A stretch of 45,076 bases of DNA, taken from IMG/VR virus record IMGVR_UViG_3300033067_001629, positions 1 to 45,076 of that record; one strand, given 5' to 3'. This stretch comes from a virus. Taxonomy: Duplodnaviria; Caudoviricetes. The translations under genes were made by a program, and so were the position numbers. This document shows, piece by piece, positions 18,807 through 29,438 of the stretch. Numbering within the stretch: the first letter of the stretch is position 1; each line of letters begins with the position of its first letter. Below the pieces are notes generated by a model. The model ran no database searches and was not told where the DNA came from. It worked only from the letters and a program-made list of their open reading frames with translations.

Positions 18807-19325
18807 GTGATTCAGGAAGCACAGAACATAGCACGCGCGACGCTAGCGGCTTGCCCTGCCTTCCAAACGCTGGTTGGTGTTGGCGACGAAACCGACGCAC
18901 TACCGTTTATCTATCACGATGCTTTCCCATCACCCGAAAGCCAGCGATCCGAGCACACACGGGCTGAACTAACTGCCTTGCGTCCATGTGCGATCGTTTT
19001 TCTTGAAGACAACCAGGGGTGGGTAGTCGAGCGCGACGCGTCAGGCAGCGAAGATTGCTGGAACGCTTACGGCATTGTTCATTTTGTGATTTTTCGCAAT
19101 GTGCCTGAAGCCGACCAATACGACCCATCCAAGGTTGATACCGACTTCCGCACAGTGATTGGCGACATTGCCGATGAAATGATTGGCCTGAGCGAAACGG
19201 CACCTTACCTGGCTGCTAATCGCATCGTGATGAGCGGGCCACACCGCACCATGCTGACGGAACTGAAAGACATTGGCGACGCGCAACAAGCCGAATTGAT
19301 CGTCAGTTGGGGGGCGTCACGATGA
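18807..19325 (+). CDS. Tail terminator/completion-like protein
   Basis: Position; RPCAIV motif. Confidence 0.5.
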   Translation: MIQEAQNIARATLAACPAFQTLVGVGDETDALPFIYHDAFPSPESQRSEHTRAELTALRPCAIVFLEDNQGWVVERDASGSEDCWNAYGIVHFVIFRNVPEADQYDPSKVDTDFRTVIGDIADEMIGLSETAPYLAANRIVMSGPHRTMLTELKDIGDAQQAELIVSWGASR

Positions 19326-19789
19326 TCCCAATGAAATTTGCAATCAGGGATCGTGGAGCAACACCCAGGGGGATGGCTCGGCGTATCAACCCAATGAAGA
19401 AAATTGCCTGGGATGAGACTGGTTTGCTATTCCATGTGGAGATGCGAGACAAGCGGTTTAGCAAGGCCCATGCTCGAGCTGCGGGGTATGCACCGCGAAA
19501 GCATAGTTACACTATGCGAAAGCTCAAAGCGAAGAAGCACGCGTTGCCATTGGTTTGGAGCGGTAGAACCCGTCGCGATGTGCGCGAGGCCAATATCGTG
19601 CCCAACAGCAAAGGCTGCAGTGTTCGGTACCGCGGGGCCCGAGCTCTCAACTTTCGCAATCCAAAATCACAAGTTCGGGCCGCTGTTGAATTCACGACAG
19701 TGACGCAAGCCGAAGCCAACACCCTGGCTGCCGAGTTCGATCGAGTGTTAGACAGAGAATTGAATAACGACCAAACGGAGAATCGATAA
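19322..19789 (+). CDS. Basic tail completion/neck protein
   Basis: ATGA overlap; YAPRKHSY...PLVWSG basic motif. Confidence 0.55.
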   Translation: MIPMKFAIRDRGATPRGMARRINPMKKIAWDETGLLFHVEMRDKRFSKAHARAAGYAPRKHSYTMRKLKAKKHALPLVWSGRTRRDVREANIVPNSKGCSVRYRGARALNFRNPKSQVRAAVEFTTVTQAEANTLAAEFDRVLDRELNNDQTENR

Positions 19790-20734
19790 ATGACCCACTA
19801 TAAAAACCACACGGTCGAAGTTCAGGATAATGCTGATGGTTCAGCTCTGATAATTTCTTCGATCCCAGAAGCATCCAACCCAAACGAGGTTGACGTTCAA
19901 TCTGATTCTGTGGCCGGTACCATCTATCCTGAGCAGATTTCAACCGTTGGCCAAAAGCAAATGTTTCGCTTCAGCACGTTTGACATCCCCAAGGTGATCG
20001 ACGCTTTCGGGCTAATCGGACGCGATGTTGTCAGTGGTAGTGGTAAGGTGGGCGTGGCGTTGTATCAGGCAAAATACAACAATGCGACGATCAGCGCCGG
20101 CTCAACTCACCGCCGCTTAATTTTCAATAAATCGTACAACTCGATTCGGACGATCAGTGTTAGCCACCGGCAAGATGCTCGTGCGCAATGCGAATCGATG
20201 GCGATTTACGATGGAACGAACAACCCATTGGCGTTTGGCGAAACGGTGGCATTGCCGTCTGTGCCTGCTTCCAGTGGTAGGTGGACGATTGGAGCCATTA
20301 CGATCGGCGGCGTTGACATTCCATGCAATGTGCAACTCGATATCGATTTTGGCATTAATTTGGAATCGTTTGGCTGTGATTCTGATGTGTGGGACACGCA
20401 TTTGAATTTGGATGACATCAAGCCAAAAATCTCGATCACTTCGCTTGATCCGACGATTTTCAAAGCTAGTTCCGGTGTGCCGTTGATCGGTTTGCAAGGC
20501 ACGCACGCGAACACCGCAATTTACTTACGCAAGCGAGTTACCAGTGGCCTGGCATCCTTCGTGGCCGATGTGACCGCTGAACACATCAAGATTACCGCTG
20601 AGGGTGTGGTGCATGTTACCGAAGGCATCAACGCCAGTGGGAATCAAAAGGGGCAGACTAGGCTTGAAATGTGGTGCCGGTTTGATGGGACTAATGCGCC
20701 GTTGGTGTTTGATACTACTTCCGCTATCACATAA
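19790..20734 (+). CDS. Major tail tube protein
   Basis: 314 aa beta-rich, directly upstream of chaperone and tape measure. Confidence 0.6.
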   Translation: MTHYKNHTVEVQDNADGSALIISSIPEASNPNEVDVQSDSVAGTIYPEQISTVGQKQMFRFSTFDIPKVIDAFGLIGRDVVSGSGKVGVALYQAKYNNATISAGSTHRRLIFNKSYNSIRTISVSHRQDARAQCESMAIYDGTNNPLAFGETVALPSVPASSGRWTIGAITIGGVDIPCNVQLDIDFGINLESFGCDSDVWDTHLNLDDIKPKISITSLDPTIFKASSGVPLIGLQGTHANTAIYLRKRVTSGLASFVADVTAEHIKITAEGVVHVTEGINASGNQKGQTRLEMWCRFDGTNAPLVFDTTSAIT

Positions 20735-20748
20735 GAAATTTTGTCGCA

Positions 20749-21489
20749 ATGCCAGGTTTTTTATACTTTTTGCCGAACGAGCGATCCTACTACCCTGCCA
20801 TGCTTTCACAGTATGGATTGGGTCACGCTACCGATCCCGGCGTTGGCATGTTGCACCAACAGGTGATGCGCGGGCCGGATAATCAACCAGGGATGTTGCT
20901 GGGGGCTTCCGATCGCTGGACCCAAGGTGATGTTAAATGGTCTGATAAGCTCAAGCATAAGCCATTCCCAAAGCCACACGCGGCTAAGCAGGCCTGTTGC
21001 TGCTGGGTGGATGGCGAACCATTGCCGACGCCCAGTGATTTGGCCAGAGTGAAGCAGCTCGAAGGCCAAGCACTCACCCTGGCTGATAGTCAGTCTTGGA
21101 TCATCCCGCACGCGCGACGCTGGGAGGATGGTAGTTATGCCGTCAGATTGCCACGTACTATCGATGTGGATGATGACGGGTCATTTGTCATGGGCGATGT
21201 GTTGCCCCAGTATGCCGCAATCTGGAAGCACGCCACAACCTACTGGCAGCAAATGATTGATTCGGCTGTGGCTGTTCAGGCTGGTGAGCCCGGCACGTTT
21301 ACCATAAATAATCCGATGCAAATTATCGTGGATGCGTTGGCGGTTAATTATCGGGTCAGTGCGAGAGAGTTGGGTGTATTGCAAGCCATCGACGATCAAC
21401 TAGTTGAATCGGTGTTGCATGTGTTGGTTGACTATGCCGGGATGAGTCAACTGGAAAAAAAAACGGAGAGCGCTATTGGCAGTGGTTGA
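20749..21489 (+). CDS. Tail assembly chaperone (G), with probable -1 frameshift product ending at 21578
   Basis: Between tube and tape measure; A9 run at 21455-21463; open -1 frame of 38 codons. Confidence 0.65.
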   Translation: MPGFLYFLPNERSYYPAMLSQYGLGHATDPGVGMLHQQVMRGPDNQPGMLLGASDRWTQGDVKWSDKLKHKPFPKPHAAKQACCCWVDGEPLPTPSDLARVKQLEGQALTLADSQSWIIPHARRWEDGSYAVRLPRTIDVDDDGSFVMGDVLPQYAAIWKHATTYWQQMIDSAVAVQAGEPGTFTINNPMQIIVDALAVNYRVSARELGVLQAIDDQLVESVLHVLVDYAGMSQLEKKTESAIGSG

Positions 21490-21611
21490 TTTGGCGCAGG
21501 GCTGTTGAGGCGGGTAGGCAACCAGGGTGGGTTCCGACTGTCGCCGATTTGCATTTTTTGAGTTTGGTTAGTCGTTAGCTTCGCTGAGGTGAAGCGGTGA
21601 AAGGGTGAAAC

Positions 21612-23048
21612 ATGGCTGGCGTAGTTGTAACAATGAGCGGTGACGAAGCTCGATTGTTTCGGGCTATGCAGAAGGTGGTTGACCAGCAGGATAAGCTCAA
21701 TAGCAAGCTGAAAGACACTGCGAAAAATAGTGATGAGGCTGGGAAGCGGTCGAAGGATGCGTTTGATAAGTCTGGTTTGTCGCTTAATAAACTCAGCGCG
21801 TCTTTGGTAACTTATGCGGCTGGCGTAGCTGGTGCGGCTGGTGCGGTTGGATTGCTTCGTAGCGCATGGGAGCAAGTTCGCAAAGAGCAAGAGGCCGGGT
21901 TGTCGCAGTTGCAACGCACGCAAGGCCAGGACCGGCGATTGCTGCAGATTTCAACTAGCGCAAAAGATTTTGACCAGTTGAGAGATCAAGCCGATTCGCT
22001 TGCAAGTCAATTCGGTGTCGATCGTGCCGTTGTGCGTGAAGTAATCTTTGCCGCTGTTTCTGAGAATTTCCGCGATGCTGTTCCGGCGATCATTGCAGCC
22101 AACCAGGTTATCGATCCTGTTTCGGCTGCTGGTGTGGCTGGTCAGGCTCCCGCATTGTTCAAAGGAACTATTGGTGCATTGGAAGCGGTCAATTTGACGT
22201 TGAAAGCCGCCCAAGCATCTCGATTGAATTTCGAACAAATTGCAGCATCGCTACCGCAAGCGGCTGAAGGAGGAAGTGTAGCCAAGGCGACAGCCGAGGA
22301 AACATTGGCCGTTTTGTCGGTTCTTGCTAGTGAATTTAAATCCGGCGACACAGCAGCCGACCGAATCAAGGCGTTTGCAACCGCAGCCGGTATCAACGAA
22401 CAGTTTGCCGGCCAGGGCATTATCGCGGTAGTTGAAAAGCTGCAGCAAATGGACGCGGAAGGCCGTAGCAAATTTTTGGGAAGTAGCGCTGAGTTGAACG
22501 TTGCCTATGTGAAGATGAGCGAAAATTTAGCGCTGATTAAACAGCGGGTTGGAGAATTTAACCAGGAAAGAACGGATTTTGCGGCTGGTGGTGGTTTGCT
22601 TGCTCAGCAGTCAGCAATTGCGGCTGGAGATCCACGATCAATCGCATTTATAAACGAAGCGAGATCACGTCAAGCGCTAGAAGCATCACAGGTTGGAGCT
22701 AGTGGCTTATCCGGAGCTTCCGCACAGACGGCAGTGAATATTGCCCAAAGTCAAAATTTGCAAGAGGGCTTTTTTAATAGATTAACATCGAGCTTCCCGT
22801 CTCAGGTTGGTGCGATGATAGCATCGCAGCTTGGATTTAGTGATACTGTCAGCGGTCAAACCGGGGCGATTGCTGGTCAAGTTTCTGGAATGCTTAATCC
22901 AGTGACTGCGATTGTGTCAGTTGTCGAAAGAATGGCTAAAGCGGCAGAGAAACTAAATAGCTCCGCTGACAAACTCGATGCAGCATCAGCCAGGATGGGT
23001 AATACCACACCAGCAGCCCGCGCCGCCGCTTCAGGAGCCTCATTCTAA
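21612..23048 (+). CDS. Tape measure protein (short, 478 aa)
   Basis: Ala/Gln-rich helical; typical N-terminus MAGVVVTMSGDEARL; position. Confidence 0.8.
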   Translation: MAGVVVTMSGDEARLFRAMQKVVDQQDKLNSKLKDTAKNSDEAGKRSKDAFDKSGLSLNKLSASLVTYAAGVAGAAGAVGLLRSAWEQVRKEQEAGLSQLQRTQGQDRRLLQISTSAKDFDQLRDQADSLASQFGVDRAVVREVIFAAVSENFRDAVPAIIAANQVIDPVSAAGVAGQAPALFKGTIGALEAVNLTLKAAQASRLNFEQIAASLPQAAEGGSVAKATAEETLAVLSVLASEFKSGDTAADRIKAFATAAGINEQFAGQGIIAVVEKLQQMDAEGRSKFLGSSAELNVAYVKMSENLALIKQRVGEFNQERTDFAAGGGLLAQQSAIAAGDPRSIAFINEARSRQALEASQVGASGLSGASAQTAVNIAQSQNLQEGFFNRLTSSFPSQVGAMIASQLGFSDTVSGQTGAIAGQVSGMLNPVTAIVSVVERMAKAAEKLNSSADKLDAASARMGNTTPAARAAASGASF

Positions 23049-23458
23049 TGGCAGCCTACGGCATCAGTATTTTCGACTTCGTTCGCTGGGAAGGCCCACC
23101 ACCTCCACTCGTCAAACAGCACGTAGCCACATTCAACAAAATTGGCCAAGCTGGCATCTCCGCGCAGCGAACCGGCATTTACGGCGATCCATTTGAAGCC
23201 ACGCTGACATCAGTTTTTGCCACGCAAGCCAATCAGATCGTTGTCGAAGAAGCATACCGGGATACCATCGGGGCTGATCCTGTCCAGGTGAAGTGGAACA
23301 ACATCAATTTTTTCATGCAGTATTTTCACCTGTATTTAGTCGTTAGCGTTGACACGATTAGCGTCAAAGCTCATCCGTTGTTAGTTGGGCCGGGCTACTC
23401 TTTCCCTGGTGGCTATTTGGTGCAAACGCGATGGCAGATGGTTCCAATCACAAGCTAG
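23048..23458 (+). CDS. Tail protein (distal-tail position)
   Basis: TAATG coupling with tape measure. Confidence 0.55.
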   Translation: MAAYGISIFDFVRWEGPPPPLVKQHVATFNKIGQAGISAQRTGIYGDPFEATLTSVFATQANQIVVEEAYRDTIGADPVQVKWNNINFFMQYFHLYLVVSVDTISVKAHPLLVGPGYSFPGGYLVQTRWQMVPITS

Positions 23459-23516
23459 TTGCCGTTTACAAACTGACTGCAAATTAAATCACAAATTAAA
23501 CAAAGGATAACCAAAC

Positions 23517-23876
23517 ATGGCCGACGAACTAACATCACAATTTATTTTGCGATACGCGAAAGGAAGCGATTCCTTTAGCCTTGGGTCTATTACTCTCGAA
23601 AAGGACGTGGCCGAAGGAAAACGAGTTCAAGGAGTCCAGGAAATTGGAACATCCGAGGAAGCACTAGCGTTAGGTGATGTTGCTACAGATGGTGGAGCGT
23701 TTTTTGCTCGCAATCTCGATGCGACCAACTACGTTGAAATTGGCCTGACAGGCTCTTACGTCATCAAATTGCTTCCTGGTGAATTTTGCTTTTTGTCAGG
23801 CGTCAGCGACAAAGATTTGTATGCGCGAGCCAACACGGCTGCGGTCAAGTTGGCCTATGCGTTGTTTTCTCCCTGA
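23517..23876 (+). CDS. Small virion protein
   Basis: SD AAGGA; RNLDATNYVEIG...LLPGE motif. Confidence 0.65.
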   Translation: MADELTSQFILRYAKGSDSFSLGSITLEKDVAEGKRVQGVQEIGTSEEALALGDVATDGGAFFARNLDATNYVEIGLTGSYVIKLLPGEFCFLSGVSDKDLYARANTAAVKLAYALFSP

Positions 23877-23913
23877 TCCTGTTTACCTTCCCTGGCTGAA
23901 AGATCGTTAAACA

Positions 23914-26100
23914 ATGCCATCGGTAAATTGGGGCACATCCACGCTACAGTTTTCGGGTACTCAGCGGGTCTACGTTCGCCAACGCTGGGCCGACTCATGG
24001 ACGTTGCAGCCCAACATTTGGTGCAGTAGCGTCAACTGGTCATTGCTGCCATCGATACCGACTGCCGAGCTTTCCTTGGAATATGGCAAGATAATGCCGC
24101 ACGGCGCAGCGGCTTTTGTCACTCAGGCCAAAATCGATATTCCTGGCTGGTGGGTCAAAATTGAGATTGATGCTGCCGATGGAATGTTGACGTGGCACGG
24201 CTTCATTGACGAAATTGTAGACGAGCAAGGCGGGATCGCTGACGGCGTTGCTAGTGGCATCCAGAGGTGGATAGCTTACGGCATGATTCAGGTTTTGGCC
24301 CATGTTTACTTTACGCGGTCACGCTGGTATGACGAGCCAAATAATTTCTTCCGGTGGAGCGGATCGGCCATTGCGTTTAATGACGATGGCAAGCCAAACC
24401 GCACGCGCGAGATTCCAACAGACTGGGAGGGGACGGTAGCAGACAGTTATTTATTCGCACCGCGAGCGCCGGACAAGCTACCGGGAACCGGCGTTCCTGC
24501 CTGGTCGAAAAACACCCATTGGTCTAGTCGGGACATTCTGACCTATATCAAATTTTACGCGAACCCGCGAGATGAAACCGACACGGCTCGCGTTCCAATC
24601 ACATTTCTGAACGAAACGGATGTTCCCAACTGGGACAAACCATCAATTGAATGCGAGGGCCGTAGTGTCCTGGATGTTATCAATGAGATTGTGAACCCAT
24701 CGAAGTTGCTGCAGATTGAAGGCCGCGTTATCAACGATGTGCTGCAGTTGGTGATCCACTCCCTGGCGGAATCCGCCATAGCATTGGAAGAAGGCAAGAC
24801 GCATCCGGCCAATACCTCACAACTGACCATGGTTACTTGGGGCGCTCAGGATACCAACATCACCTTGCAGGAATCGCTTTCGCGCCGAGCTGTTCAGATC
24901 GTGGCTAAGGGAGCCAAGCGGCAATCGGTGGTGACAGTGCAAGTTGCCAAGAATCGCACAGAAGATAAAGGGCTGATTGAATCTTTCGACGATTTCAACC
25001 GCATTGAGTACGATCGCGGGGCCTCACACTTAGCTACTTATGCGGCCATGTCGGACGAAGAAAAGAAAGAGGCAAATCAGCGAGTTCGCGCACAAGACAA
25101 GTTAGCCGCAACCTACAAGACTTTCGCGGTCAATCCTTACTGGTCATTTTTTGTAGGTGCTGATCCGATCTTCCCGATTGACAGCGAAACCATTCTGGGC
25201 GGTGTGTTTGCTCAATATTATCCGTACTGGGGCTCAATTAAGCTGGTTGACCGCTTGCCACTAAAAGAGCAATTCGATTATGACCAGGCCGAACCAATCA
25301 CAACCATACCATTTGCAATCTTGTCGTTTGAAGATCAGCATTTAACCAAGTATCGCAAGCCACTGGTATTGTTTGAGCGACCAGGTGAGGAAAAGTACAT
25401 TGACGCGGAGAAAATGGCCAATGGTGACGATCCAAAATTCTCGTGCTATACGGGACTTGGCAAGGAAGATCAGGCCATTACCTTGGATGTGACCGGCGCG
25501 TTTCAACATGCGATCGCATTTAGCCGTTTCACTCCCCTGGCTGCTGATGATGAGGATAACGGCGAATGGGATTATTTGTCGTCTTATTTCACTGTCTCAT
25601 TCCAGGAAGATCGGTTTTTAGAATCGGTTTATCCAATCAACGATGATTTGCCCAATGTGGATGTTGTGCGCCGGCGATTGATCTACGCTGGCGAGTCTTA
25701 TGAGAGAGTCTATGTCGCAGCCGACACGGTTTACGATGTGAATGATGACGGATCGCTGCGAAAGATGAATGATGGCTCTCCGGTGGTTCATTTCAGAAAC
25801 GACCAGGCGGCGCTTAACTCGATTGTGAAAATGGCCAATAGTTGGTACGGTACAACCAGGAAAGTGTTGCGGTTAGTGTCGGCCCGCCCGTCAGCCACAC
25901 CACTGGTCGGCCAAATGGTAACAACTGTCAACGCGGATACTGTTCAGGCTTCGACGGTCAACACTGTTGTGACTGAAATTGCTGTTCAAATGCGGCGCGG
26001 GTTGGATTTGCCGGTAGCTGTGGCTGAGTACAGCTTGACAACTGCGGTTGGCGAGCTGGACCCACTAGCGTTCTTTCCAAGGCAGGAGCGCATAACGTGA
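23914..26100 (+). CDS. Large tail/baseplate-hub-like protein
   Basis: 728 aa in tail-tip position. Confidence 0.6.
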   Translation: MPSVNWGTSTLQFSGTQRVYVRQRWADSWTLQPNIWCSSVNWSLLPSIPTAELSLEYGKIMPHGAAAFVTQAKIDIPGWWVKIEIDAADGMLTWHGFIDEIVDEQGGIADGVASGIQRWIAYGMIQVLAHVYFTRSRWYDEPNNFFRWSGSAIAFNDDGKPNRTREIPTDWEGTVADSYLFAPRAPDKLPGTGVPAWSKNTHWSSRDILTYIKFYANPRDETDTARVPITFLNETDVPNWDKPSIECEGRSVLDVINEIVNPSKLLQIEGRVINDVLQLVIHSLAESAIALEEGKTHPANTSQLTMVTWGAQDTNITLQESLSRRAVQIVAKGAKRQSVVTVQVAKNRTEDKGLIESFDDFNRIEYDRGASHLATYAAMSDEEKKEANQRVRAQDKLAATYKTFAVNPYWSFFVGADPIFPIDSETILGGVFAQYYPYWGSIKLVDRLPLKEQFDYDQAEPITTIPFAILSFEDQHLTKYRKPLVLFERPGEEKYIDAEKMANGDDPKFSCYTGLGKEDQAITLDVTGAFQHAIAFSRFTPLAADDEDNGEWDYLSSYFTVSFQEDRFLESVYPINDDLPNVDVVRRRLIYAGESYERVYVAADTVYDVNDDGSLRKMNDGSPVVHFRNDQAALNSIVKMANSWYGTTRKVLRLVSARPSATPLVGQMVTTVNADTVQASTVNTVVTEIAVQMRRGLDLPVAVAEYSLTTAVGELDPLAFFPRQERIT

Positions 26101-26519
26101 CATTCAGGGAAGTGACGCTGTTGCAAAAGCGATTGGAGCGAGCTGAAGCTACGATCAAACGGATTACGCAGATTGAGACTAAGCCAAGATTGATTATTCC
26201 TGGTGGTGGTTCAGGTAGCAAGATATTCTTCGAGGTAGATTCGGCGGCCATTGCCGGAAGCACTTCACCATACAACGGGAAGATGATTTTGACGGTAACG
26301 ATAATCGTCGCACCATGCGACCAGTCGGAGCTGATCGATACATCTGTTGATGTGGTTGACTGGTCAACGTGTTTGGCTAACGCAGAGACAGTTGAAGCCG
26401 TTGAAGGCCGCGAGGGCTGGGCATATCGCGGAATAGCTTATTCTCTCAAAAGCGGCGACCCAGCAGGAACGCTAACGCCATGCCATTGGGCTCTTGATGG
26501 CTTGTGTTGCCCACCGTAG
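26097..26519 (+). CDS. Tail tip protein ending in LCCPP
   Basis: GTGA overlap; N-terminal coiled coil; PGGGSG linker. Confidence 0.6.
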   Translation: MTFREVTLLQKRLERAEATIKRITQIETKPRLIIPGGGSGSKIFFEVDSAAIAGSTSPYNGKMILTVTIIVAPCDQSELIDTSVDVVDWSTCLANAETVEAVEGREGWAYRGIAYSLKSGDPAGTLTPCHWALDGLCCPP

Positions 26520-26526
26520 GAGTATC

Positions 26527-27657
26527 ATGGGAGCCAAACATAACAAGTGCTGTTGCCCTGAAGCCGTAAGCTGCTTAATAGCATCTGACGATTTTGACCG
26601 ATCCGATTCAACTAGCTTGGGGTCTGACTGGGTTGAAAAGACTGGTGATTGGGAAATTGTCAGCAACGAGTTGGTTGCCGTTACCGATGGCATTGTCCTG
26701 ACCAGCCATAGGCAAGCTAAGCCGCGAGGCACGACATACAACTACAACATTGAAGTTGACATGATTGTCGGTGGTGTGACATCCTGGGGCATCATATGCA
26801 AGTACATCGACAACAGCAACTTCGATTGGATTGACTTGACGCTAGATGGCACGCAATTGTGGCCTACGTTCTATCGTCGCTCTGGTGGTTCCGATACGGT
26901 TGTCATGGACAAAACGACCCATACGACTGGCGATTCGTTTTCAGATGTTAGCCAAACACTGTTGATTTGCTACTCAGAGGTTGAGTGGTCGATCAACTAT
27001 GTTGGTGGCGACGTTTCATCAGCGTGGACGACCTGCGATGTTTCGCCAGCAACGTCTTTACCTTCGGATACATCGGTTGGATTGGTCGGATTCAACAAAG
27101 GGCACTTCGACAATTTTTTTTATTACTACCATCGGCTATCGAATCCACCATGTAATGTGTGCGACTGCTTTTGCCAAAATCCTGGTGTGGCTTCAGACTA
27201 TTCGTGTTATCCAGAAGTATTGTTGCTGACGCTTAACCCAACAGCCATATTTGCCGACTGTACGAGTAGTCCCGATCCGATTGAAATACTTCTATACCAA
27301 GTGGCCGCTGCTCCTGTAGCAACAACTCCAGTGGCAACAGATTACTCGACGGCTAAGCAACGCTGGTGGTCGCTCGACTTACATTTGGATGATTGGGAGG
27401 AAGACATTCGATTTGAATTTGTCTGCAACGGCACTGGTGGCGAGCCTGAGCTTAATCTGTATCCAGACACTTTTAACGGGTTATTCTGGAATGCACTAAC
27501 GCTTGGGGTCAACGCCGCTGACATCGAATGCAATCCATTGCGGCTTGAGTTTCAGTCATTAAACGCGGGGCTGAAGCAACTATTCGTTGATGGGCCATAT
27601 ATCTGCGATCCGCTTTCTGCAGCCGAATATGAAGCCATTATCACCGAGGCACCATGA
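26527..27657 (+). CDS. Cys-rich tail tip/receptor-binding protein with lectin-like beta-sandwich
   Basis: KCCCP...C; DDFDRSDSTSLGSDWVE...GDWEI...FDNF; CNVCDCFC; ATG 26527. Confidence 0.65.
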   Translation: MGAKHNKCCCPEAVSCLIASDDFDRSDSTSLGSDWVEKTGDWEIVSNELVAVTDGIVLTSHRQAKPRGTTYNYNIEVDMIVGGVTSWGIICKYIDNSNFDWIDLTLDGTQLWPTFYRRSGGSDTVVMDKTTHTTGDSFSDVSQTLLICYSEVEWSINYVGGDVSSAWTTCDVSPATSLPSDTSVGLVGFNKGHFDNFFYYYHRLSNPPCNVCDCFCQNPGVASDYSCYPEVLLLTLNPTAIFADCTSSPDPIEILLYQVAAAPVATTPVATDYSTAKQRWWSLDLHLDDWEEDIRFEFVCNGTGGEPELNLYPDTFNGLFWNALTLGVNAADIECNPLRLEFQSLNAGLKQLFVDGPYICDPLSAAEYEAIITEAP

Positions 27658-28061
27658 CCGCTTGCGAATGTCCATTAGCCGGTTATTGTCAGCGCCATAA
27701 AGTCAACAAACCTAATGGATGGCATAAACTCTGCCAAACCAAGGAAAGTTACTACCAAGCCTGGGAGAATGGTCATGGGCCAGGACAAGAGCGAAAGCTG
27801 GACGACAGTAAAGAGCAACGGCGAAAGAGAGTAGAAGAAGCAACCAGGAGGAAAGAACGGCTAATCTCCTGGCTGAGATTGTTTCGCGCCGACTCAGAAA
27901 AAGGGATTGGCGATACCGCAGCCAGATTGGTGAAACAAAAAAAGAAGTCAAAGAAAGACAAGGCAAGCGATGCACACGACGCGGTGAATTGCTTGCTAAA
28001 ACAATGTAGTTGCAGTCGAATTGATGCGGTGGCTAGATTGAATCAACAGTGGCCGTATTAG
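27654..28061 (+). CDS. Cys-rich small protein, end of tail module
   Basis: CECPLAGYCQRH, GIGDT, CSC...LN; ATGA overlap. Confidence 0.65.
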   Translation: MTACECPLAGYCQRHKVNKPNGWHKLCQTKESYYQAWENGHGPGQERKLDDSKEQRRKRVEEATRRKERLISWLRLFRADSEKGIGDTAARLVKQKKKSKKDKASDAHDAVNCLLKQCSCSRIDAVARLNQQWPY

Positions 28062-28857
28062 CTTGAACTGTTGCACCATCCTGGCTGCCTTCTTTGGACT
28101 TCCTCAGCCCATCCCCATGTTTCTTAATCGCCAAATAAACACGTTCTTCGATCTCATCAGTAATGCTTCCGCCAATCCCCTTGGGCAACACATCACTAAC
28201 CGGCTTGTGGGCCACACCCGCCTTGGCTCGCAATTCTTCCCAGTCGCCGATAGTTGGGCAGAGTTCTAGCAGGGCTTCCAGCTTCTTCGTTCCCAATCCC
28301 TTGATTCCATCCAGCAACGGTGCTAACGACAACTCGCGCCAAGTTGTGTCTGCATTCACATCATCAACCTGGATGGCCGATGGTTCGCCTGCCGTAGCCA
28401 CAGCATCATCGATTTTCGATTTAGGCTGCGGGTAGTTTGGTCCGCGCTTGATTAGATTTCGCAAGTTGCGCAGCGCGGCCTTTTCGTCAGCCTTAATGTC
28501 TTTGAGTTCGTTTTCAAGTTCCGATCGCTTAACAGCCAGGGAAAAGTGATCTTCCTTGGCTGCGGATACTTCCAATTGATGGTGCTGTTCAGCTTGGAGC
28601 CGCCGTTGCTCTAGGCTGATTTCTTCCATGTGGTCGGTTAGTTCCTGAACAGTTCCATCGGGATCAATTACATTTAGTGTGGTCCAGTCGGTTGCCTGTT
28701 CCACTTCCTGGCTGAGCATCATCGTGTCTGCTTCGGCTTCGCTGAACCCATCCCCATTTACCAATTCAGCCGGGTCAGCATCACTCGCAACCACATTTTC
28801 AAACGTGTCCATGTCAACGTATTCAACTTCCAAAGCCATTTGCAAAATTCCTTTCAA
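28033..28857 (-). CDS. Hypothetical protein with coiled coil and HhH-like motifs
   Basis: LDGIKGLGTKKLEAL and LPKGIGGSITDEI. Confidence 0.65.
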   Translation of the reverse strand: MKGILQMALEVEYVDMDTFENVVASDADPAELVNGDGFSEAEADTMMLSQEVEQATDWTTLNVIDPDGTVQELTDHMEEISLEQRRLQAEQHHQLEVSAAKEDHFSLAVKRSELENELKDIKADEKAALRNLRNLIKRGPNYPQPKSKIDDAVATAGEPSAIQVDDVNADTTWRELSLAPLLDGIKGLGTKKLEALLELCPTIGDWEELRAKAGVAHKPVSDVLPKGIGGSITDEIEERVYLAIKKHGDGLRKSKEGSQDGATVQANTATVDSI

Positions 28858-29438
28858 ACCATTTCCAGTAATTCCACCGCATTCAACCCAAGGCCAACGT
28901 GAGCCTTTTCAATAGCTGACTGCCGTGCACTTCGCTTCAAATTCTTCTCCCACCACCGATGCAAAAACCAATAAGCCGACTGTTCAGCCAATCCTCTGCC
29001 ATCGCAAAACATCCATGGGACTTTGTAATCCTGTTGATAGGCCAGGATTGACCGAAACAATGTCTTGGCGTTTTGCTGGGCTGTTTTCTTGCCATATTCC
29101 GGCGAGTGCTTTAGCAAGTCACCAAGGTTGCACTCGACTATGACAACGGCACAATCAACCATGGAAAGATTTCGCAATTCACTTTCGAAACGCTCTCTGT
29201 GTCCATCATTGAACCCGAGAATCGTACTTTGGCAATCATCCATTGACTTTCGTTCAACATGGCACCGGCCGACGCCTCCTGCAACGGAGTAATCACCCAG
29301 TGAATTAGGGTAACGTCCGAGGCAACGGTGCTCGATTGCTGGAACTGTTTTGACGTACTTTTTGTCGGCATCGGATTTAATGTTTTGAAAGGTGAATGGA
29401 TGAATTTCCGCTGTATCGGTTATGATTGTGAATACCAT
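28854..29438 (-). CDS. ERCC4/XPF-type nuclease (possible resolvase)
   Basis: IITDTAE, LGDYS, VERKSMDD, RFESEL, VIVE. Confidence 0.85.
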   Translation of the reverse strand: MVFTIITDTAEIHPFTFQNIKSDADKKYVKTVPAIEHRCLGRYPNSLGDYSVAGGVGRCHVERKSMDDCQSTILGFNDGHRERFESELRNLSMVDCAVVIVECNLGDLLKHSPEYGKKTAQQNAKTLFRSILAYQQDYKVPWMFCDGRGLAEQSAYWFLHRWWEKNLKRSARQSAIEKAHVGLGLNAVELLEMV

